Origin: Gemmatimonadales bacterium
Lineage (GTDB): Bacteria > Gemmatimonadota > Gemmatimonadetes > Gemmatimonadales > GWC2-71-9
DNA length: 64,000 nucleotides
NCBI GenBank assembly: GCA_041615815.1
Contig: JBFJCP010000022.1
Coordinates: 1 to 64,000 of the forward strand
Reading direction: 5' to 3'
In this document: positions 29,673 to 40,300 of the stretch, one piece after another
How positions within the stretch are numbered: the first letter of the stretch is position 1
Layout: every line of letters starts with the position of its first letter
The notes under the pieces: generated by a model
The model's input: the letters and a program-made list of their open reading frames with translations, nothing else
What the model was told of the DNA's origin: nothing
Databases searched by the model: none
Translations under genes and position numbers: made by a program

Positions 29673-31241
29673 ATGATTAGACGTCATTTCCAGTACTCGG
29701 TCAAAGGACTGCTCACGCGGCTGATACTAGTCCCGGCCTTGGCGTTCGGACTCGTCACAGGCTGTACGAATCTGGACGAGCAACCGACGAGCGTCATCAC
29801 GCCGGAGAACTTCAACCAGACCGAGGCAGAAATCCTTGGCAGTCTGGCGTCGGTCTACTCGGTGTTGCGCAGCACGCAGTGGAGTTACTACAACCTGAGC
29901 CAGGTGACATCGGACGAAATGATCGTCCCCACCCGCGGGAGCGACTGGTTCGATAACGGTCGGTGGCTCGAGATCCACCGGCATACCTGGAATGCCAACA
30001 GCCCCTCCGGGCTCGATGACATCAACGGAATGTGGGTCGATGCCTTCCGAGGCGTCACCCGGGCCAATGTGCTGCTCGAGGCACTGCAGGCTGTCACCGT
30101 GGCGGATCAAGCGGCCATCGAAGCCGAGGTCCGCACACTCCGCGCCTTCTATTACTACATGTTGTTGGACATGTTCGGTGGCGTGCCGCTCGTAACGACG
30201 ACGGAGATTGGGGCGCGGCCACGCGTCAGCCGCTCCGAAGTCTTCAGCTTCGTTGAAAGCGAGTTGACCGCGGCTCGCGGAGCGCTGCCCGCCAGTTGGC
30301 CGGCGAGCGAACACGGCCGGATCACTCAAGGGGCCGCGGATGCCATTCTGGCGAGCATGTATCTGAACGCCGGAGTGTTCACGACGGAGGCGCCGAATGC
30401 GAACGCGTACAACTCGTGCATGGGTGTCTCGGTGGGGGGCGGAACTGCCTGCGACGCCGCCATTGCGGCGGCGGATCGGATCCTGAACTCCGGTCAGTAT
30501 ACCTTGGCCACGGACTGGCGCTCGAACTTCGAGGCCGGCAACTTTGCCTCGACAGAGAACATCTTCGTCATCAAGAATACGAACCAGACCGGTTTGGGTC
30601 TCAACTTGGTGATGCGGGCGCTACACTACAACCAGTTCAACCCCAGCCCGTGGAACGGCTTCGCGGCCCTGGCGGAGACGTACAACGCCTTCGATGCCGA
30701 TGACCAACGTCGGGAAATCTTCCTCGAAGGACCGCAGGTGAATGTGGAGACCGGCCAGCCAGTCAATGACCGGCAGGGTAATCCATTGGTGTTCACGGTG
30801 GACATCATCGATGAGACCCAGGCCGGGGAAGGCGAGGGGACGCGGGTCCTGAAGTTCTCGCCGGACCCGAACCACGTTGCCGAAAACAACGCGAACGACT
30901 TCACGCTCTTCCGCCTAGCCGAGATCATGCTGATCAAGGCCGAGGCGCTGAACGAGCTGAGCCCGGGCAGCGGCGAAGCGCTTGCCCTGTTGAATACGCT
31001 TCGCGAGCGGGTCTTCGAGCCGGACGAGCCGCTGGCGGCCATCGACCGCGACGTGATTCTGCAGGAGCGGTTGTTTGAGCTCACGTCCGAGGTCAAGCGG
31101 CGATTGGATCTGATCCGACATGGCCGGTTCACCGATGCGTGGTCGTTCAAGCAGGCGGGAGCGCCCCACCTCGTCCTGATGCCGATTCCGCAACTGCAGC
31201 TGGACGCCAACCCGGAGCTCACGCAGAATCCCGGGTACTGA
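29673..31241 (+). CDS. susD: SusD/RagB family nutrient-binding lipoprotein
   Basis: Lipobox LVTG-C; LRAFYYYMLLDMFGGVP, FRLAEIMLIKAEA, ILQERLFEL, DLIRHG, NPELTQNPGY. Confidence 0.93.
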   Translation: MIRRHFQYSVKGLLTRLILVPALAFGLVTGCTNLDEQPTSVITPENFNQTEAEILGSLASVYSVLRSTQWSYYNLSQVTSDEMIVPTRGSDWFDNGRWLEIHRHTWNANSPSGLDDINGMWVDAFRGVTRANVLLEALQAVTVADQAAIEAEVRTLRAFYYYMLLDMFGGVPLVTTTEIGARPRVSRSEVFSFVESELTAARGALPASWPASEHGRITQGAADAILASMYLNAGVFTTEAPNANAYNSCMGVSVGGGTACDAAIAAADRILNSGQYTLATDWRSNFEAGNFASTENIFVIKNTNQTGLGLNLVMRALHYNQFNPSPWNGFAALAETYNAFDADDQRREIFLEGPQVNVETGQPVNDRQGNPLVFTVDIIDETQAGEGEGTRVLKFSPDPNHVAENNANDFTLFRLAEIMLIKAEALNELSPGSGEALALLNTLRERVFEPDEPLAAIDRDVILQERLFELTSEVKRRLDLIRHGRFTDAWSFKQAGAPHLVLMPIPQLQLDANPELTQNPGY

Positions 31242-31270
31242 TTGGGGAAAGTCTCTGTCGTAAGTGTCTA

Positions 31271-31314
31271 CGCCATAGCCTGCTCTCGTCATCGAGGGCA
31301 GGCTGTGGCGTTGT
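31271..31314 (+). terminator. Strong stem-loop after susD (terminator or mRNA stabiliser)
   Basis: CGCCATAGCCTGCTCTCG-TCAT-CGAGGGCAGGCTGTGGCG: 18-bp stem with two G-U pairs; weak U tract (TTGT). Confidence 0.65.
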
Positions 31315-31364
31315 AGGCCGCGTCCCCTGCGTCATACCCTGCCCACCCACTCCGACCCAACGAC

Positions 31365-34300
31365 ATGAACCGGGTATCAGGCCGCGGGCTCCTGCTTGCA
31401 GCGTCGTGCGTCCTGACGAGCTGCTCAGCGGACCGGTCTGCTCCGGAAACGCGACTGGCTGAGCCGCCCGAGGCGAGTGACCAGCTCTTCAGCAGGCTTC
31501 CCGCCGACTACACCGGTATACGCTTCCAGAACCACCTGAGCGATACGCGTGACGTCAATGTGTTCACCTATCGCAACTACTACAACGGCGGTGGGGTGGC
31601 CCTGGGAGACCTCACCGGCGACGGACTGCCAGAGCTGCTGCTCACCGCCAATCTGGGCGCAAATCGGCTGTATTTGAACGAGGGCGAGTTCCGATTTCGG
31701 GATGTGACGGATGAGGCCGGGATAGCGAAGAAGGGGCTCTGGGCCACGGGAGTCACCTTCGCCGACGTGAACGGGGACGGACTCCTCGACATCTACGTCT
31801 GTTACGCGGGAGACGTGGCTGGGGAGCGCCGCGCCAACGAGCTCTACATCCATCAAGGGGTTGGGGCAGATGGGGTGCCCACGTTCCAGGAGATGGCGGC
31901 CGCGTACGGGATCGCAGACGAGGGCTATGCGACGCATGCGGCGTTTTTCGACTATGATCGCGACGGATACTTGGATCTGTATCTGGTCAACAACTCTCCG
32001 CGGCCGGTGAGCAGCTTCGGATTGCGCAACATCCGCCACGAGCGCCATCCATTCGGCGGAGACAGACTCTATCGCAATGAAGGAGAACGCTTTCGAGACG
32101 TCAGCGAGCAGGCCGGGATCTTCGGGAGCGAGGTCGCGTTCGGCCTGGGCGTGGCGGTGGGGGACGTGAACCACGATGGCTGGCCGGACATCTACGTCTC
32201 GAACGACTTCTTCGAGCGGGACTATCTGTATATCAATCGGGGAGACGGAACCTTTGGCGAGCAGCTCGACCGGCAGATGCCTTCTATCAGCTTTTCCTCG
32301 ATGGGGTTGGACATTGCCGATGTCAACAACGATGGATGGCTGGATATCTACGTGACCGATATGCTCCCGGAGGATGATTACCGACTCAAGACAACGTCGA
32401 CGTTCGAAGAGTGGGCCGGTTACCAGACCAAGTTGAAGAACGACTATCACCACCAGTTCATGCGCAATATGCTCCACCTGAACAATGGCAACGGAACGTT
32501 CAGCGACATCGGGCAGATGGCCGGCGTCGCGCGCACGGACTGGAGCTGGAGCGCTCTGATCGCAGATCTCGATCTCGATGGCTACAAAGACATCCATGTC
32601 ACGAACGGCATCCTACGGGACGTCACGTCGCAGGACTACGTCGCTTTTTTGGCAAACGAGGAGACAATGCGGGCCGCCGCTACGAGCGACGAGGTCGACT
32701 TCCTGGGCCTCATCGAATCGATGAGCTCCACCGCGCTCCCCAACTACGCATTCCGCAACGAGGGGGATCTGACCTTCACGAATGCCGGAGCCGCATGGGG
32801 CCTCAACACGCCCGGCTTTTCCAATGGTGCGTCCTACGGGGACCTGGATGGTGACGGCGCGCTCGACCTGGTCGTGAACAACGTCAATCAGGAGGCCTCG
32901 GTCTATCGGAACAACGCCCGGGCCTTTTTGGACAACCGCTATCTCCAGGTCCGGCTGGAAGGGGAAGGGCCCAACCGCTTCGCCATCGGGGCGACGGTGA
33001 CGCTTCGAAGCGGCGAACGGTTGTTGTTCCAGGAGCTGATGCCGTCGCGCGGGTTTCAATCCAGCGTGGATTACGTCCTGACCTTCGGCGTCGGTCGGGT
33101 GGACACCGTCGAGTCCGTGACGGTCGAATGGCCGGATGGGCGAGTGAGTACCATGACGGACGTCGCGACGAACCAGCGTCTCACCATACGGCAGAAGGAG
33201 TCGGCCGGGGCGGAGCCCATCACCCCCAGCCGTGCCCGCCCATGGTTCGTCGACGTCACGGACAGCGTTGTGCTGGGATTTGTGCACCGGGAGAACACGT
33301 TTGTCGATTTCGACCGCGAACGCCTGATGCCGAAGATGCTGTCGATGGAGGGGCCGTTCCTGGCCGTGGCGGATGTGAACGGGGACGGATTGGACGATGC
33401 GTTCATAGGCGGCGCCAAGGATCAAGCTGGTCAACTTCTCATCCAGCAGCGTAGCGGCGGGTTTGTCAGGAGCAACGAGGGGTTGTTCGAACGAGACCGC
33501 GTGTCGGAAGACCTTGGCGCCGTGTTCTTCGACGCGAACGGAGACGGTCGCCGGGACCTGTATGTGGTCAGTGGCGGTAGCGAGTTCTCAGACGTGGCGC
33601 CCGCTCTCCAGGATCGGCTGTACCTCAATGATGGTCGGGGTGTCTTCCGGAAGACGAGCGGCCATCTACCGTCCATGAACATCAGCGGTTCGCGCGCAGC
33701 ACCGGCCGACTTCGATGGCGATGGTGATATCGATCTCTTTGTGGGCGGGCGCGTCGTTCCCTGGCGCTACGGCATCGACCCTCGGAGCGTACTGCTGGAG
33801 AACGATGGCCGGGGACGCTTCCGCGATGTGACGCGGGATGTGGCGCCTGAGCTGCCGCACATCGGCATGGTCACGGATGCCTTATGGCATGACGTCGACG
33901 ACGACGACCGGGAGGATCTAATCCTCGTCGGCGAGTGGATGCCGATCACGATCTTTCGGAATACGGGGTCCGGGAAGCTCGAGCGTGTATCCCCACCTGG
34001 GCTCGAGCGGAGCCACGGCTGGTGGAACCGAATCGTGGCGGGCGACTTCACGGGTGATGGCCGCACGGACTTCGTCGTAGGGAACCTGGGCCTCAACACG
34101 CGCCTCAGAGCTTCCGAGACGCAGCCGGTCACGATGTACGTCAAGGACTTCGATCGGAACGGGTTTGTCGAGCAGATTCTGTCATCCTACAGCGACGGGG
34201 TGAGTTACCCCCACGTACTGCGGGATGAATTGCTCAGAGCCCTACCGGGTCTCCGGGAGCGCTATCCAACATTCGAAGCGTATGCCAAGCAGACCGTGAC

Positions 34301-34748
34301 GGACATCTTCACACCCGCGGAACTGGACGATGCCGTGCTGAAGCGGGCGTATACCCTTGCCACGACCCTCGTGCGCAACAACGGCGACGGGTCCTTCACG
34401 CTTCAGCCGCTGCCCACCGAAGCCCAATTGGCCCCCGTCTACGGCATTTTGGCCGACGACCTCGATGGAGACGGCACGCCCGACCTGCTCGTGGCGGGCA
34501 ATTTCGATGCAGTCAAGCCAGAGATCGGCCGGATGAGCGCCAGCTATGGTCTCTTCTTGCGGGGAGATGGAAGGGGTGGTTTTACGCCGGTGCGGACAGC
34601 GGAGAGCGGGTTCTTCGTGCCTGGACAGGCACGGGACGTCCAGCGCATCGGCACGGAGCGAGGGAGCTTGTACGTGGTGAGCCGCAACAACGACCGACCG
34701 CTCGTTTTCCGGGTCGCCGGGAGCGTGTCAGCGCGTGGCGGTCACTGA
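31365..34748 (+). CDS. FG-GAP/VCBS repeat lipoprotein with central ASPIC/UnbV domain
   Basis: Lipobox VLTS-C; many DxxxDGxxD repeats; AIGATVTL..RGFQSSVD..FGVG..VEWPDG; second repeat block follows. Confidence 0.88.
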   Translation: MNRVSGRGLLLAASCVLTSCSADRSAPETRLAEPPEASDQLFSRLPADYTGIRFQNHLSDTRDVNVFTYRNYYNGGGVALGDLTGDGLPELLLTANLGANRLYLNEGEFRFRDVTDEAGIAKKGLWATGVTFADVNGDGLLDIYVCYAGDVAGERRANELYIHQGVGADGVPTFQEMAAAYGIADEGYATHAAFFDYDRDGYLDLYLVNNSPRPVSSFGLRNIRHERHPFGGDRLYRNEGERFRDVSEQAGIFGSEVAFGLGVAVGDVNHDGWPDIYVSNDFFERDYLYINRGDGTFGEQLDRQMPSISFSSMGLDIADVNNDGWLDIYVTDMLPEDDYRLKTTSTFEEWAGYQTKLKNDYHHQFMRNMLHLNNGNGTFSDIGQMAGVARTDWSWSALIADLDLDGYKDIHVTNGILRDVTSQDYVAFLANEETMRAAATSDEVDFLGLIESMSSTALPNYAFRNEGDLTFTNAGAAWGLNTPGFSNGASYGDLDGDGALDLVVNNVNQEASVYRNNARAFLDNRYLQVRLEGEGPNRFAIGATVTLRSGERLLFQELMPSRGFQSSVDYVLTFGVGRVDTVESVTVEWPDGRVSTMTDVATNQRLTIRQKESAGAEPITPSRARPWFVDVTDSVVLGFVHRENTFVDFDRERLMPKMLSMEGPFLAVADVNGDGLDDAFIGGAKDQAGQLLIQQRSGGFVRSNEGLFERDRVSEDLGAVFFDANGDGRRDLYVVSGGSEFSDVAPALQDRLYLNDGRGVFRKTSGHLPSMNISGSRAAPADFDGDGDIDLFVGGRVVPWRYGIDPRSVLLENDGRGRFRDVTRDVAPELPHIGMVTDALWHDVDDDDREDLILVGEWMPITIFRNTGSGKLERVSPPGLERSHGWWNRIVAGDFTGDGRTDFVVGNLGLNTRLRASETQPVTMYVKDFDRNGFVEQILSSYSDGVSYPHVLRDELLRALPGLRERYPTFEAYAKQTVTDIFTPAELDDAVLKRAYTLATTLVRNNGDGSFTLQPLPTEAQLAPVYGILADDLDGDGTPDLLVAGNFDAVKPEIGRMSASYGLFLRGDGRGGFTPVRTAESGFFVPGQARDVQRIGTERGSLYVVSRNNDRPLVFRVAGSVSARGGH

Positions 34749-35209
34749 TCCAGCTGTTTCGGCCGTTCCGGCTGCTTCGTCTTGATGACGATGACGCCGT
34801 TGGCGCCCCGCATACCGTACATGGTCGTGCTGGCGGCGTCCTTCAGCACTTCGATGGATTCGATGTCGTATGGGTTGATCCCGAATAGGGCCCCCCCTGG
34901 TCCCGGTTGGATGGGAACACCATCGATCACGTACAGGGGCTCGTTACTGCCGAGGATCGACGTTCGGCCACGGATGCGTACGGCGATGCCACCGTTGGGA
35001 GAGCGGGTAACAACCACCCCGGGGAATCGGTTCGCGAGCAAGCGTTCGATGGGCTCGCTGGGGTTTTGCTCGATGTCTTCCGCTGTTAGCGTTCGCTCGC
35101 CCGGTTGGTTCGGCTCCGGGGCTTCCTGGACGTCCCCCTCGCCCGTGCTGGCGGCTTGGGCACAGCCAGCCAAGAGCAAGGTGAAGACCAGGGGATGCAA
35201 TGAAGCCAT
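34742..35209 (-). CDS. TonB-dependent receptor plug-domain-only lipoprotein
   Basis: Lipobox LLAG-C; IRIRG-like segment, NEPLYVIDGVP, INPYDIESIEVLKDA..YGMRGANGVIVIKTK; stops without a barrel (155 aa). Confidence 0.85.
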   Translation of the reverse strand: MASLHPLVFTLLLAGCAQAASTGEGDVQEAPEPNQPGERTLTAEDIEQNPSEPIERLLANRFPGVVVTRSPNGGIAVRIRGRTSILGSNEPLYVIDGVPIQPGPGGALFGINPYDIESIEVLKDAASTTMYGMRGANGVIVIKTKQPERPKQLDQ

Positions 35210-35228
35210 AGGCTAATATACCCTTTTT

Positions 35229-35263
35229 GCTCGTGCCGGTGTTCCACCTGCGGCACGGGCTTT
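35229..35263. terminator. Stem-loop between the plug-only gene and GH97
   Basis: GCTCGTGCCG..CGGCACGGGC, 10-bp stem (one G-U), followed by TTT on the + strand. Confidence 0.4.
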
Positions 35264-35293
35264 CGACCGTCCATCCGTAAATGGAGACATTGC

Positions 35294-37330
35294 ATGTGGA
35301 TACGCTGCACGGCCCGTCATGTGTTCGCCGTCATCTGCGGGATGCTGATGGCGACCCCCGCGTCTGCCCTCGCGCAATTCGGTGTCGCATCGCCCGATGG
35401 TCGGAATCATGTCAGGGTTGAGATCCGTGACGGAAGGCTCCATTACAGCGTGCAACGTGACGGGCGGGCGGTGCTTCTTCCGTCGCAGCTCGGATTCGAG
35501 TTCCGAGCAGCGCAGCCGCTGCGAGATGACCTCCAGGTGGTGGACAGCGCTCGTCAGACGGTCGATCAGACATGGACAACGGTTTGGGGCGAGGTCGCCC
35601 GCGTGCGAGATCACCATCATGAGCTGAGCCTCACCGTGGTCGAGACGTCGCCAGCCGGGCGTCGATTCACCGTGGTGTTTCGTGCGTTCGACGACGGCAT
35701 AGGCTTTCGCTACGAGTTTCCGGAGCAGCCCGGGCTCGGAGCGTTCGAAATCACCGAGGAGCTGACCGAGTTTGCCTTGGCGGACGATGCGAGGGCCTGG
35801 TGGATCCCGGCCAATCGGTGGAATCGCTACGAGTTTCTGTATTCCGCATCGCCGGTGAGCCGGATCGACACCGTGCACACCCCGCTCACGCTGGAAGCCC
35901 GTGACGGCACACACCTTGTCATTCACGAGGCCAACCTCGCCGACTACGCGGCCATGAACCTGGCCCGGACCGGAGACCGGAAGCTCCGAGCCTCGTTGGC
36001 CCCCTGGGCCGACGGCGTGAAGGTCCGGGGCCGCGCGCCCTTCGTGACGCCCTGGCGCACGATCCAGCTAGCGAACCGCGCGGCGGATTTGGCGCCTTCG
36101 GTACTGGGACTGAATCTGAATCCGCCCAATGTTCTGGAAAACACGGACTGGATCCGGCCCATGAAGTACATCGGGATTTGGTGGGGCATGCACATCGGCA
36201 CGATGACATGGAGCTCCGGGCCGAAACACGGCGCGACGACCGCGAATACGGAGGAGTACATGGATTTCGCGGCCGCGAACGGGTTCGGCGGCGTTCTGGT
36301 GGAAGGATGGAACCGCGGATGGGACGGTGACTGGATCGCGAACGGAGACCTGTTTTCGTTTACTGAGGCGTATCCCGATTTCGACTTGCAGGCGGTCACC
36401 GATTATGCACGGGAGCGGGGTGTCACGCTGATGGGCCACAACGAGACGTCCATGGGCATCGAGAACTACGAGCGCCAGTTGGAGGACGCGTTCGCCCTCT
36501 ACGAGTCGCTCGGTATGACCGCGGTAAAAACGGGGTACGTGGGTGACCTGACCCGGGACGGTCACGCGCACCACGGGCAGTACATGGTGCGGCACTGGCG
36601 CAAGGTGATCGAAACGGCGGCGCGGCACGGGATCATGGTCAATGCCCACGAGCCGATCAAGGACACCGGGGAACGCCGGACCTATCCGAACATGATGACA
36701 AGGGAAGGGGCGCGGGGTCAGGAGTACAACGCCTGGGCCGGCGACGGCGGCAATCCGCCGGAGCACGAGGCCATCCTCTTCTTCACGCGTCAGTTGGCCG
36801 GCCCCATGGATTTCACGCCGGGTGTGTTCGACATTCTGATCGAGAGCAGCAACGGAACGCCTCGACGCCCCGAGGAATCGCGGATCCGCACGACGCTCGC
36901 CAAGCAGCTTGCGCTCTACGTGGTGCTTTACTCACCCCTCCAGATGGCGGCGGACCTGCCCCAAAACTACGTGAACCAACCTGCGTTCCAGTTCATCCGG
37001 GACGTTGCCGTGGACTGGGAGGACACGCGGGTGCTCGATGGCAAGATCGGCGACTACGTGGTGGTCGCGCGCCAGGAACGTCGTGGCGAGACGTGGTATG
37101 TAGGCGCCATCACCGACGAGGAAGCTCGCACGCTGGATATTTCGCTTTCCTTCCTCGTCCCCGGACGGCGATACGTCGCCGAGATCTACGCAGACGGCCC
37201 TGGAGCCCATTGGCTGCACAACCCGCTGTCCATCGATATTTCAGAGCGTCCCATCGATGCGGGCTCGCGACTCACCCTCTCGTTGGCCGCTGGCGGAGGA
37301 CAAGCGATACGGATTCGGCCGGCCAGATAA
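35294..37330 (+). CDS. GH97 alpha-glucosidase (SusB-like)
   Basis: SPDG N-terminus, TPWRTIQ, KYIGIWWGMH, KHGATTAN, LVEGWN, MGHNET, KTGYVG, AHEPIK, REGARGQE, GPMDFTPG. Confidence 0.93.
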   Translation: MWIRCTARHVFAVICGMLMATPASALAQFGVASPDGRNHVRVEIRDGRLHYSVQRDGRAVLLPSQLGFEFRAAQPLRDDLQVVDSARQTVDQTWTTVWGEVARVRDHHHELSLTVVETSPAGRRFTVVFRAFDDGIGFRYEFPEQPGLGAFEITEELTEFALADDARAWWIPANRWNRYEFLYSASPVSRIDTVHTPLTLEARDGTHLVIHEANLADYAAMNLARTGDRKLRASLAPWADGVKVRGRAPFVTPWRTIQLANRAADLAPSVLGLNLNPPNVLENTDWIRPMKYIGIWWGMHIGTMTWSSGPKHGATTANTEEYMDFAAANGFGGVLVEGWNRGWDGDWIANGDLFSFTEAYPDFDLQAVTDYARERGVTLMGHNETSMGIENYERQLEDAFALYESLGMTAVKTGYVGDLTRDGHAHHGQYMVRHWRKVIETAARHGIMVNAHEPIKDTGERRTYPNMMTREGARGQEYNAWAGDGGNPPEHEAILFFTRQLAGPMDFTPGVFDILIESSNGTPRRPEESRIRTTLAKQLALYVVLYSPLQMAADLPQNYVNQPAFQFIRDVAVDWEDTRVLDGKIGDYVVVARQERRGETWYVGAITDEEARTLDISLSFLVPGRRYVAEIYADGPGAHWLHNPLSIDISERPIDAGSRLTLSLAAGGGQAIRIRPAR

Positions 37331-40300
37331 TGGTGCGGGATTCACGTCCTAGCGTCTCCAAAGGGTACGCCGCGGGGCGCAGAGGGAGCCACCGGGGCCC
37401 CACCCGAACGGTGCCACTGATCGGCACAGCTGTCCTATTCTTGACGGCCTGTGACCGTACGGAGCACCCCCCTCCGCTGTTCGAGCTTCTTCCTCCCGAA
37501 CGAACCGGGATCGCGTTCGTCAACGAGGTAGTGGACACGCCTGAGCTCAGCATCCTCAACTATCTCAATTTCTACAACGGTGGCGGTGTGGCGGCTGGTG
37601 ACATCGATGGCGACGGCCTCGCGGATCTCTACTTCACGTCGAACCTGGGGTCCAATCGGCTCTATCGTAACCTGGGCGATTTCCGATTCGAAGACATCAC
37701 CGAGCGAGCCGGCGCAGGAGCGGTTGAAGGCTGGAAGACGGGCGTGACGTTCGCCGACGTCAACGGCGACGGATACCTCGACATCTACGTCTCGACCGTC
37801 ACCCACCTTACGGTGCGTGGACGCAATGTGCTGTTCGTGAACGACGGTGATGGCACGTTCACGGACCGGACCGCGGAATACGGACTCGAGCATGTCGGCT
37901 ACTCGACCCAGGCCACCTTCTTCGACTATGACGAAGACGGAGACCTGGACATGTATCTCTTGAACCACTCGACACACGAGGAACGCGGAAGAACTTGGAA
38001 CCCGCAGCGCGAGACACGCCACCCCAAGGCAGGCGATCGCCTCTTCCGGAACGAGGGCCTCCGCTTCCTCGATGTCAGCGAGGTGTCCGGCATATACGGC
38101 GGTGTCGAAGGGTACGGTTTGGGGGTAGTGGTCAGCGACCTGAATGTCGATGGCTGCCCCGACATCTTCGTCGCCAACGATTTTCACGAGAGTGACTTTC
38201 TCTACCGCAACAACTGCGACGGCACCTTCACCGAGTCCATCGCCACCTCAACCGGACACACCAGCTTTTCCTCGATGGGCGTCGATGCCGCCGATTTCAC
38301 CAACGACGGCAGGACGGACCTCGTGGTTCTCGACATGCTCCCGGAGCGCGAGGAGATCCTGAAACGCTCCGCTAACGCGGAAGACTTGAATATCTATCAG
38401 ATGAAGCAGCAGGCCGGTCGTCATTCGCAATACGGCCGAAACACGCTTCAGGTGAATCGTGGCCGCGGCCGATTCAGCGAAATCGGCTATCTGGCAGGCG
38501 TGTATGCGACCGACTGGAGTTGGGCGGCGCTGTTTTCCGACCTGGACAACGACGGGTACAAGGACCTGTTCGTCACCAACGGCATCTACCGGCGGCCCAA
38601 TGATCTGGACTACATCAGCCACGTGGCGGACCGCGCGGTCCAGGCCGCTCTCGAGCAAGGCATCACGACTGAGCTTCTCACGACGCTGTTGGCAAAGATG
38701 CCCCAAGTGCCGATTCCCAACTTCGCCTATCGGAACAACGGCAATCTGACCTTCACCGACATGGCCGACCCGTGGGGCTTGGCACAGCCGGGGTTCTCGA
38801 CGGGCGCCGCCTACGTGGATCTCGACAACGACGGTGCGCTCGATCTTGTCGTGAACGACATCAACGGGCCTGCGGGGATCTACCGAAACCGCGCCCGCGA
38901 GATCGATGGCCACCATTACCTGACGGTCCACCTGAAAGGAACCGGGGCGAATACGAGCGGCATTGGCGCAAAGGTCGTCATTCACCATGACGGCCGGATG
39001 CAGCTGCTCGAGCAAATGCCAACTCGAGGTTTTCAATCTTCGGTCGACCCGCGCCTCCATTTTGGATTGGGAGCCTCCCAGCGGATAGACTCGCTGATCG
39101 TCATCTGGCCGGACCGTCGTTATCAGGTCCTGGGAGATGTGGCGACAGACCAGACGGTCACGCTTTCCCAGCAGGACGCGTCTGGCCGGTATGCGTACCG
39201 CAAGGACCAGGGGAGCCAGCCGCTGTTCGAGAACGTCACCGCTCAGCTCACCATCGATGTCAACCATTTGGAGAACAGGTTCTTCGACTACACGCGCCAG
39301 CCGCTCATCCCGCACCAGCTCTCCACCGAAGGACCTGCCCTCGCCGTCGGTGACGTCAATGGCGATGGTCTGGACGACCTCTACGTGGGCGGTGCCAAGT
39401 GGCAACCGGGACGGCTCTTGGTTCAGCGGCGTGATGGCACGTTCGGCCGCGTCAATGAGCGTGTCTTCCGTGCCGACAGTCTGCACGAAGACGTGGACGC
39501 GGTGTTCTTCGATGCCAACGGCGATGGATTTCAGGACCTCTATGTCGTGAGCGGCGGCAACGAGTTCTGGGGAGATCATGGGGCGCTACAGGATCGGTTG
39601 TACGTCAACGACGGACAGGGTCGTTACCATCGAGACGAAGTCGCCCTCCCAGCATTCTTCGAGAACGGGTCCTGCGTGGTGCCGGGCGACTTCGACGGCG
39701 ACGGTAACCTCGACCTCTTCGTCGGGAGCCGGGTGATCTCCCGGCGCTACGGTCTCATCCCACGTAGCTACCTCCTGCAGAACGACGGCATGGGTCGATT
39801 CCGCGATGTGACCATAGAGCAAGCGGAGGCGCTGGCTGAAGTGGGAATGGTGACTTCCGCCACCTGGGTGGATTACGACGACGACGGGCGGCTCGACCTG
39901 ATCGTCGTTGGAGAGTGGATGCCGATACGGGTTTTTCAGCAGCAGGATGGCCGGTTCGTAGACCGCACCGTTGAGGCGGGGTTTGCGAAGACGAGTGGCT
40001 GGTGGAATCGCGTGGTAGCGGCCGACCTACGAGGGACGGGACGCCCGGATCTCATTCTCGGCAACCTGGGGTTGAACTCCTACATCCGGGCATCATCCGA
40101 TGAACCGGCGCGGCTGTACATCCATGATTTCTCTCAGAACGGGGCGGTGGAGCAGATTCTCACGTTTCCCAAGCATGGCGTGAGCTACCCGATGGCGAGT
40201 CGGGACGATCTGATCCGAGCGATTCCGCAACTGCGGAGCCGGTACGCCTCCTATGCCGACTTCGGGGCCAGCCGGATCGAGGATATTTTCTCGGCGTCGG

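Noticed and set aside
37093..37329. ORF-track N-terminal extensions (also 1126, 11359, 15252, 15879, 19420, 41789, 54269, 60360, 60545)
   Set aside because: They overlap neighbours or precede signal peptides and RBS sites; downstream starts fit better.
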